A stretch of 42,051 bases of DNA from a virus (Duplodnaviria > Caudoviricetes), in IMG/VR virus record IMGVR_UViG_3300044723_004068, positions 1-42,051 of that record; one strand, 5' to 3'. Below are positions 35,401 to 42,051 of this stretch, in pieces. Both the position numbers and the translations under genes were made by a program. Under the pieces are notes generated by a model, which saw nothing but the letters and a program-made list of their open reading frames with translations, had not been told where the DNA came from and searched no databases. Position 1 is the first letter of the stretch, and each line of letters begins with the position of its first letter.

Positions 35401-36069
35401 TTAAATTCTAGAAAGGAAGTATAAATTGCTTCCTTTTTTCTTGACCAAATCTCCTGTGGCAAACCATTCATCATACACACAGATGTTACCCTTCACATAT
35501 AATTCTTCTTTTACAATCTTATAGTCGCACCAAAAGGTATCTCCTAATATGTTGTCTTCTGCTATATCTCCAGGCCAATATGTTTTGTTAATTGCCCAAG
35601 GGCCTATTTCGCTCATTCCCCAGTTTGCAAAAACTATGGCACCTTGATCAATAAATGCTTGTATGTGTGATGCAGGAATAGGATCGCTTCCCATAGCAAC
35701 GTATTTGCCGCTTAAATCTGCTGTTTTAAAGCCTTTTGTTCTAATTACAGCTTCACACATAGCCGGAGCAAGAAAAGTGTGTGTATGACGCTTAAAACGC
35801 TTTAAAAAGGTGTATGCGTTAAACTTTTCTATGTCTATAGTACATCCTAATGTATGAGCAGGAAGTGTTTGTAACAGCAAGCCGCCCGCATGTGTCATTC
35901 TAGTCACAGTGTATACACTGGAATCTTTTGTTAGTAATTGTCCCTTAATTGCTGTATCAATACAGCACTGCAAGTTTTCTGGCTCTCTAAATATTGTTTT
36001 AGGATATCCTGTAGTTCCACTAGAACTAATTTTACATCCGTGTACTAAAATGCTATCTAAATTAATCAT
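35401..36069 (-). CDS. minimal AMP-binding (ANL adenylate-forming) enzyme
   Basis: SSGTTGYPK P-loop, HAGG, WGMSEIGP, WFATGDLV...SR; lacks the N-terminal subdomain and the C-terminal lid. Confidence 0.8.
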   Translation of the reverse strand: MINLDSILVHGCKISSSGTTGYPKTIFREPENLQCCIDTAIKGQLLTKDSSVYTVTRMTHAGGLLLQTLPAHTLGCTIDIEKFNAYTFLKRFKRHTHTFLAPAMCEAVIRTKGFKTADLSGKYVAMGSDPIPASHIQAFIDQGAIVFANWGMSEIGPWAINKTYWPGDIAEDNILGDTFWCDYKIVKEELYVKGNICVYDEWFATGDLVKKKGSNLYFLSRI

Positions 36070-37094
36070 TGTTCATATTTTGCTAGGCTATTGTTTATTT
36101 GGTTGTTAACTCTTACAAACGTTGTACGTTCGTATAAAGCGTCTATATGTTCTGCACCTACATAAGTGCATACACTACGTAAACCGCCTTGTATCTGCTT
36201 TATAACGCTTGTAATAGACCCTTTACAGGGTATTAACAAGTCTCTGCCTTCGTTAGGTCTATACTCTTGTTCTGTTGGTTTTGTGCGGTTGTACATCGTT
36301 GTACTGCCTAAACCATAAAAGTTAACATATTTTTTACCATCTACTTCTACAATGTTATCACACTCTTCTGACTTAGATACCATACCTGCTACCATTACCA
36401 TTTTAGCGCCAGCGCCAATTGCTTTGCAAACATCTCCAGCAGTTACACAACCTCCGTCAGATATAACATCTACTCCGTGTTTTTGTGCTTCTGCATAACA
36501 ATTCATAATAGCAGTTAATTGTGGAATACCTGTGCCTACTTCAGAACGTGTCCTACAAGCAGCTCCGCTACCAACACCTACTTTAATTAATGTTGCTCCT
36601 GCTTTAACAAATTTTTGTATAGGGCTTGCTGTTGCTACGTTGCCAGCACATATTTGTATGTGCGGAAATTTTTCTCTATATAGTTTTATTGTATTAACCA
36701 TACCTTGCATATTAGCATATACATTTGCAATGTCTACGTTAATAATACCTATGTCAGGAAACCTAGTTACGACTGTTATTGTTTTTTCTATATCCCAGGG
36801 CTGTACGCCGCTTGTAATAGCTATAAACCGCCTGTCCTGCATAGTTTCTAACTGTGCTATATGTTGCTCCGCAGTATACTCTTTGTGTATAAACGTAAAC
36901 ACTCGCATTGGTGTCAGTAGTTTAGCAATCTTATAAGTCCCAGTGCTGAGCATATTTGAGACTATTACAGGCACCGCAGTAGTGTCTAACCAATCTATTT
37001 CAATGTCAACACTTTTTCTTGTAAGAGGAATATTGCTTTCGCAAGGCTCAATAAGTACATCACTAAAGTCTAATGTTAAACCTTTTACTTTCAT
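36066..37094 (-). CDS. guaC: GMP reductase / IMPDH family
   Basis: LDFSDVLI.P, SNM, VDIAN, AGNV, KVGVGSGAACRTR, DGG, FYGLGS, EGR, GGLRSVCTYVGA; no CBS domains. Confidence 0.85.
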   Translation of the reverse strand: MKVKGLTLDFSDVLIEPCESNIPLTRKSVDIEIDWLDTTAVPVIVSNMLSTGTYKIAKLLTPMRVFTFIHKEYTAEQHIAQLETMQDRRFIAITSGVQPWDIEKTITVVTRFPDIGIINVDIANVYANMQGMVNTIKLYREKFPHIQICAGNVATASPIQKFVKAGATLIKVGVGSGAACRTRSEVGTGIPQLTAIMNCYAEAQKHGVDVISDGGCVTAGDVCKAIGAGAKMVMVAGMVSKSEECDNIVEVDGKKYVNFYGLGSTTMYNRTKPTEQEYRPNEGRDLLIPCKGSITSVIKQIQGGLRSVCTYVGAEHIDALYERTTFVRVNNQINNSLAKYEQ

Positions 37095-37772
37095 TTAATA
37101 ACCTATTTTTGCACCAGGAGTAGAAAATATCGCTTCTGGTTTAAAATGTACGTTAAAACTTACACACAACTTATCAATACCTGCAGGCTGAGGAGCAGTG
37201 CCATGAGGTATGTCACTTCTAAATAATACAAGTTGATTTTGTTTTGTTTCGAAGGCACGTTGAGTTGAATTTACTTTATTAAATGTATCGGGTACTCTGT
37301 GCATATTAGTATAATCTCTAAATATTAGTTTTGTTCCTTGCGGCACTTCAAAATAATATGCTCCGCTAATAAAACTATGTCCGTGTAGATGTTGTTGTAT
37401 ATGAGTGTTTTCTTTTCCAATAAAAGCCCACATATCTTTTATAAACAAATAATCAGAACATTTGTTATATCCCATTGTGTCTGCAAATTCTTTACAGCAG
37501 TCTAAAATTGCTTTGTTAAAAATTTCAAATTGTGGATTATCTTGTAAGTTAGGATCCCAAGCATGTGTACTAACTGTTACTGTAGTTTTATTCATGCCAT
37601 GACCTTTTTCTGGATATAAAGGTCCTCCGTCAGTCGACTCTTTAGGTTGTACTGCATTTTTTTCAAAATGTTGTTTCAACCAACTATTTGCAAAATTATA
37701 ATCTTGTTCGTTTAACAAGTTGTTAAATGTCATTACAGGCTTTGCAAATAATAATTCTAATTGTCCTGCCAT
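37095..37772 (-). CDS. putative 2OG-Fe(II) oxygenase (TIGR02466-like)
   Basis: MW...HLH...SGAYY...LFRSDIPH...VSFN; likely start MAGQ at 37772. Confidence 0.75.
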   Translation of the reverse strand: MAGQLELLFAKPVMTFNNLLNEQDYNFANSWLKQHFEKNAVQPKESTDGGPLYPEKGHGMNKTTVTVSTHAWDPNLQDNPQFEIFNKAILDCCKEFADTMGYNKCSDYLFIKDMWAFIGKENTHIQQHLHGHSFISGAYYFEVPQGTKLIFRDYTNMHRVPDTFNKVNSTQRAFETKQNQLVLFRSDIPHGTAPQPAGIDKLCVSFNVHFKPEAIFSTPGAKIGY

Positions 37773-38707
37773 TAATAATTCCCTTCGTTCATCTTTATGT
37801 GTTCGTACATAGGAGCAATCGTCCAATTTTCAGTTAGGCGTCCTCTACGCTGGCTTCCTGGATCTGGAATTCCTACATCGTTATCTGTATCCCAATCAGT
37901 AATCTTAATCCAACGTTTATTGTATCTATCAGTATTTCCTTCATCCATTGGAAATTCAATTGTACCTGGTTCGGATCTACCTCCGTAACGATGAACTTTA
38001 CCGTAATGACTCCAAATATAATCCTCAGACAATTTAAACTGTTGAGAACATAACGTAACTAATCCTTTAAGTTTTATATTTTCATCTTCGTCTTTTTGGT
38101 AACGGCCAAGCTGTCCTACATTTTTTATTCGCATAGTTACAGTGTTAATATCTTTATCATTCATTAGATGTAATAATCTTGAAGGTGCTTCTTCGTTGAT
38201 ACCTTTAACAATAATTGTTCCAGTATCTAAACTAAATCCATAATCTTTGATGTGTTGTACTGCTTGTACTTTCTTTTTAGCACAGCGTAGTTCGTCAATT
38301 TCTTCATACCAATCGTCGTTGTCTACTCCATTAAGACTAATATAAACTGCACGTAAAGTAGTTTTACTCAACCGGTTAGCAAAGTTATTACTTGCTAATC
38401 TTAAACCATTAGTACATAGTACATTCATATGCCCAAATTCAGTAGTAGCATTTATAAATTTATCTATATGAGGATGTAGTGTTGGTTCTGCACCCACAAG
38501 TCTAATCATACATTGGCCAGATAATCTACCTAACCATTTATGAAATTTCTCAAATTCCATGTCAGGAAATAACCTGTTAGGAATATAACAGTTTTTACAT
38601 TCCATATTGCATCTATGTGTCAGATCTATAACAATATCACTAAAAGTATTTTCTTCAGGTTGTTGTTCGTAGTAATTTAAATTGCTAAAATCTATTTCTT
38701 TAGTCAT
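37772..38707 (-). CDS. radical SAM protein (MoaA/NirJ-like)
   Basis: CNMECKNC, GAEPT, TNG, ISLNG. Confidence 0.85.
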   Translation of the reverse strand: MTKEIDFSNLNYYEQQPEENTFSDIVIDLTHRCNMECKNCYIPNRLFPDMEFEKFHKWLGRLSGQCMIRLVGAEPTLHPHIDKFINATTEFGHMNVLCTNGLRLASNNFANRLSKTTLRAVYISLNGVDNDDWYEEIDELRCAKKKVQAVQHIKDYGFSLDTGTIIVKGINEEAPSRLLHLMNDKDINTVTMRIKNVGQLGRYQKDEDENIKLKGLVTLCSQQFKLSEDYIWSHYGKVHRYGGRSEPGTIEFPMDEGNTDRYNKRWIKITDWDTDNDVGIPDPGSQRRGRLTENWTIAPMYEHIKMNEGNY

Positions 38708-40200
38708 GCATACAACCCTAACTTTTGTTTTTTATATGCATCAATTTGTTTCTTGTATATACCGTTTAACCCTCTGTTGATGTATATCTCTTCAGCTGTA
38801 AATTCTATAAGCTCTTTATGATCAAATTTACTCATATGTTCGGTAAGGTCAAAATTAAATAACTTTTGCTTCATAAAGTCGTTCTTAATATACTCGTCAG
38901 CAAATTCTGTAGCTTGTCTAAAATTACTCCATTCGCTTTCCCAAACTAACACTCTATTATCTAATTTATTATTCTGTCTACCGGTTGTTATATAGTTGTT
39001 AAATCCTTTAGATGTTGCCCAATCCAATATTTCTTGATTCTCAGTAAGTTTATATCCGTATTTGCCTGCATCCATACTAAAATCACTTTGTGTAGTGTTG
39101 TCTGAATCTGTGCTAATATGCAATCCCCAATAAAAGAAACTATCCCAGTTATCACGCATCCATTTTATACCTTCATGCCACGACTCAACAGGCTCATAAG
39201 GTAACCCTGCAATCATTCCTGTTGTACCTCTATAGACTCCTAAGCGTTTCATAAATTCTGCTTTAATCCATAACAACCCTTTTTTGATTCTATCCGGGTG
39301 CATACCCTTTCCAATTGCCTTAGCGGCCAACGGGTGAAGTGTTTCTATGCCATAAAAATGTGCCCAACATCTTGCTCTTACTAATAAATCAATTTGGTGT
39401 GGTTTACTAATTACTAGATCAATTCTAATAAAACAACTGAAGTTTGGTTCAAATGGTAATCGTTCAACTACATTAGCAAGTATCTCAATTTTACTATCTC
39501 TGTCGTTAAATGTATCATCACTGATAATATAATTAGTTGTACCCCAACGATTGTAATTATCCATAAGTTCTTTATACAATGATTCTTCGCTTCTGCTGTA
39601 ATCTTCTTTAACTCCTAAGAAAGCATAATTGCAATATTTACATTTGAATCTACAACCTCTACTCATTTCTAAAGTTAGTGCTTCGTGATTCTTAATAAAG
39701 TCATTTTCATGATAGTCTACATGATATTTAGAAATAGACAATCCTTTATAACTATGATTAGCATCAACTAAAAAAGATTGAGGTGCCCACTCTGGATACT
39801 TGCCTTGCGGCATAGATCCGTTATCAAATAACCATTCTAACACAGGTTTTAATGCGTGTTCGCTATATCCAAAAACCATTGCATCAGCTCCAAAATCTCT
39901 TTGATATGGTTTGGGGCCTCCCATAACAATTTTTGCATTAGGATATTCAGATTTTAGATATGATATCTGTTCTATGATAACATGGTCTTGCATCCATAGA
40001 TTACTTACTCCAACCATATCAATTTCAAACGGCAAGCTATCTATAAATTGTTTTAATTCTTCATTTGTCCATCGAGTTGACCAGTCTATAACTTCTACTG
40101 TCCATCCATCAGTACGCATCATGTCAGCAATTTTATATGCTCCCATTGTTCTGCGTATAATCTCATCGCCGCTATCATTTAAAATTATTGCGTTCTTCAT
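38704..40200 (-). CDS. B12-binding-domain radical SAM protein
   Basis: N-terminal cobalamin-binding-like domain (VMGGP), SRGCRFKCKYC, DDTFN, GIET, GLPYE; likely start 40200. Confidence 0.85.
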   Translation of the reverse strand: MKNAIILNDSGDEIIRRTMGAYKIADMMRTDGWTVEVIDWSTRWTNEELKQFIDSLPFEIDMVGVSNLWMQDHVIIEQISYLKSEYPNAKIVMGGPKPYQRDFGADAMVFGYSEHALKPVLEWLFDNGSMPQGKYPEWAPQSFLVDANHSYKGLSISKYHVDYHENDFIKNHEALTLEMSRGCRFKCKYCNYAFLGVKEDYSRSEESLYKELMDNYNRWGTTNYIISDDTFNDRDSKIEILANVVERLPFEPNFSCFIRIDLVISKPHQIDLLVRARCWAHFYGIETLHPLAAKAIGKGMHPDRIKKGLLWIKAEFMKRLGVYRGTTGMIAGLPYEPVESWHEGIKWMRDNWDSFFYWGLHISTDSDNTTQSDFSMDAGKYGYKLTENQEILDWATSKGFNNYITTGRQNNKLDNRVLVWESEWSNFRQATEFADEYIKNDFMKQKLFNFDLTEHMSKFDHKELIEFTAEEIYINRGLNGIYKKQIDAYKKQKLGLYA

Positions 40201-40769
40201 TTTTTGTATACAGCCTGCCAACACGGATATTCTTTCCACTCTCCGTGTGCTGGCAATTCTCCTTCGTTAAAAACTACTTTACTATAGTTATCAAAAACAT
40301 CAAAGTCTCTACGCTCAAGCTGAGGCGGCTTATAACCTAGAGGTGTATCACCTGTAAGTCCTATACCTTTTAATCTTGCAGATTCGTTTATATAAAGACC
40401 ATTATCATTTAATACACTATCTAACTTTCTTGCATATTCTGTTTGTTTATTTTTGGGATTAAAATGATAAAAACCAAAATCTATTACTACATCAAACTTG
40501 CCTATGTTCCATTGTTCTTTTATAAGGTCTTTATGTTTAATTTTTGTTGTTAATCCTTGGGAAATTGCTACATGTGAAAAATCATAACCTACAGCATCAT
40601 ATCCGTTATCAATCAAATATTGCAAGTTCCTTCCGTTACCGCAACCCAAGTCTAGTACTTTGCAACCTTTTGGAAATAAATGTATAACTTCCTTTAAGAA
40701 GGTACTTGTATAACTACCCCAGGCAACGTTACCGCTAGAATAAACTTCATTCCACCTTGTGTTATCCAT
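40197..40769 (-). CDS. class I SAM-dependent methyltransferase
   Basis: VLDLGCGNGRN, GYDFS, FDVVID.GFYH. Confidence 0.85.
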   Translation of the reverse strand: MDNTRWNEVYSSGNVAWGSYTSTFLKEVIHLFPKGCKVLDLGCGNGRNLQYLIDNGYDAVGYDFSHVAISQGLTTKIKHKDLIKEQWNIGKFDVVIDFGFYHFNPKNKQTEYARKLDSVLNDNGLYINESARLKGIGLTGDTPLGYKPPQLERRDFDVFDNYSKVVFNEGELPAHGEWKEYPCWQAVYKK

Positions 40770-41331
40770 TTAAAAGTTGTGCCTTTGCATTTTCGTATGT
40801 ATCGTTGTAAGACCAAGTCCACGCATATCTTGCTAGATTACCTTTGTTAATTACTTCATGTACTATTGTTGTGTTAAGAAGTATTGGAGTATCTACAAGA
40901 CTATACGATTCAACTACTTCACCATTTTTAAAGTACTGCACATAATCATTTGACTTTGCATATTCTGTAGATGCTCCATCTTTTATCCATTTGGTTTCTG
41001 TTGCATTTTCTAAAAAGTTTGTAACACATTCTGCACTGTTATTAAGTGCTGGTATGTTTATAGATGCTAATCTCTCTATATCTTTGTGGGCCGGTAAAGA
41101 AGTATTAGCACCTACCTTAATTAGTTTTATATAATCTGCTAATCCAGGAAGTTGCTGTTTTATATTCTGTAATATAGCATGGTCTTCTACAGCAACAATA
41201 TTTTCATCAGCCAGGCGTAAAGCATACTTACCTGTAGCTTCTTTCCATTCATCTGTAATTACATTATCAAATAAAGATTTAAAAAAATCTAAATTAAAAT
41301 CTATGTTAGTTATTGGTGTAGAGTATTTCAT
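40762..41331 (-). CDS. cupin/2OG-Fe(II)-like protein
   Basis: PAHKD.R.ASINIP...T.F...PILLNT..VHEV.N...R. Confidence 0.6.
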   Translation of the reverse strand: MKYSTPITNIDFNLDFFKSLFDNVITDEWKEATGKYALRLADENIVAVEDHAILQNIKQQLPGLADYIKLIKVGANTSLPAHKDIERLASINIPALNNSAECVTNFLENATETKWIKDGASTEYAKSNDYVQYFKNGEVVESYSLVDTPILLNTTIVHEVINKGNLARYAWTWSYNDTYENAKAQLLNG

Positions 41332-41851
41332 TTATTACCTTTTTAAAATCTTTGTTGCATGTCCAACTAATTATAACTCTTACATCCTCGTTATAATTTT
41401 CAACATCATGTGGAATATCATTACGTATTAGCGTTGGTACTTTTAACACATGTTCAAAATCTAATTCTAGTTCACTTGTTACAAACCCTATTTTATCATT
41501 AGATGCCAGTTTTACTTTAGGCATTTCATTACTGAAACTATCGTGTATTGTTCCGTATTGTAGTTCAGTCTTAGGTTTATAAAATCTTGTTACTTTTGTT
41601 TCGTCGCAATTATTGTAAGGAATATTAAGACTACACGATCTTCCTAGATCAACATGTATAGGCCAACTACCTTGTTTAAGTTGATAAATGTTAAAAGTAT
41701 TACCTAGCCAAGAATACGTAGAAACATAAGGGCATACAATTTTATCATTGTCTTGTGTATTCCAATCTGTAGGTATTTTTTTATTTACAAACTTAAACAA
41801 CTCTACAGTATCAAAATTAGGTAATTCGTACACATATTCGTTTCTAATCAT
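41306..41851 (-). CDS. cupin/2OG-Fe(II)-like protein (paralog of neighbour)
   Basis: PIHVD.GR.CSLNIP...T.FY...PTLIRN..PHDV.N...R. Confidence 0.6.
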   Translation of the reverse strand: MIRNEYVYELPNFDTVELFKFVNKKIPTDWNTQDNDKIVCPYVSTYSWLGNTFNIYQLKQGSWPIHVDLGRSCSLNIPYNNCDETKVTRFYKPKTELQYGTIHDSFSNEMPKVKLASNDKIGFVTSELELDFEHVLKVPTLIRNDIPHDVENYNEDVRVIISWTCNKDFKKVINEILYTNN

Positions 41852-42051
41852 ATTACTGTCTCCGGATTATAAAGTTCACAAACTTTATCAAACGTTTCTT
41901 CAAAGCATAATTGGAACACAATTCTTGTGTTATTGTCTTTGGTAAAGTGAACATTATGAAAACATTGTCCAGTATTTAGTATAGCACCTTTTCCTTCATA
42001 ATTTGTTTTACAAACAAAGGTTTTATCATCATCGTAAAAATGTGTTTCTCC
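41848..42051 (-). CDS. C-terminal part of a third cupin/2OG-Fe(II)-like paralog (truncated by window edge)
   Basis: Hand translation GETHFYDDDK...AILNTGQCFHNVHF...RIVFQLCF...VI*; its TGA overlaps the ATG of the next gene. Confidence 0.6.
   Translation of the reverse strand, partial: GETHFYDDDKTFVCKTNYEGKGAILNTGQCFHNVHFTKDNNTRIVFQLCFEETFDKVCELYNPETVI

Noticed and set aside
1-42051. CRISPR array, tRNA or rRNA genes
   Set aside because: Intergenic gaps are nearly all under 100 nt and are taken up by promoters or SDs; no regularly spaced repeats or cloverleaf with T/D loops was seen by eye.
1-42051. Stop-codon reassignment (as in some large phages)
   Set aside because: Known genes are full-length in code 11, and TAA, TAG and TGA all end genes at tight junctions.
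1-42051. Cellular (bacterial or archaeal) chromosome origin
   Set aside because: T4-type late promoters, dsbA, rnh, a phage-type PolB, a tail fibre and dense hypothetical genes indicate a phage despite the metabolic genes.

Overview
This is a gene-dense, AT-rich segment of a large lytic dsDNA tailed phage (T4-like/jumbo myovirus style, probably aquatic) read in the standard genetic code. It carries both host sigma70 promoters (TTGACA/T-17-TATAAT) and T4-type late promoters (TAAATA), which points to a bacterial host. The layout from left to right is as follows. (1) The C-terminal half of a ClpA-type ATPase. (2) About 8 kb of late genes whose products start with T4 internal-protein-like capsid-targeting leaders and look like polyproteins cut by the prohead protease at [ILV]-x-E; cargo domains include a PD-(D/E)xK nuclease-like domain, a HIGH nucleotidyltransferase, a HAD nucleotidase, a ParB-like domain, Cys-rich modules and a hidden signal peptide. 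An antisense AdoMetDC-family gene sits within this block. (3) A DUF1415-like gene, an Ate/Bpt-like aminoacyl-transferase, dsbA and a family B DNA polymerase. (4) Nucleotide-sugar enzymes, a probable sliding clamp and a 7-deazaguanine DNA-modification cluster (dpdA-like, queD-like, folE, queE) interleaved with a glycosyltransferase, PRTase, HIT and SGNH genes; no queC/queF is visible. (5) RNase H/5'-3' exonuclease, a MoxR-VWA/metallopeptidase pair and a tail-fibre-like gene. (6) A minus-strand island of tailoring enzymes (adenylation enzyme, GMP reductase, two radical SAM proteins, a methyltransferase and several 2OG-Fe(II)/cupin proteins). The most interesting leads are the packaged polyprotein system, a possible sugar-decorated deazaguanine DNA modification, and three compact pseudoknot-like intergenic RNAs, one of them in the folE leader. 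All calls come from motif recognition by eye; no searches were run.
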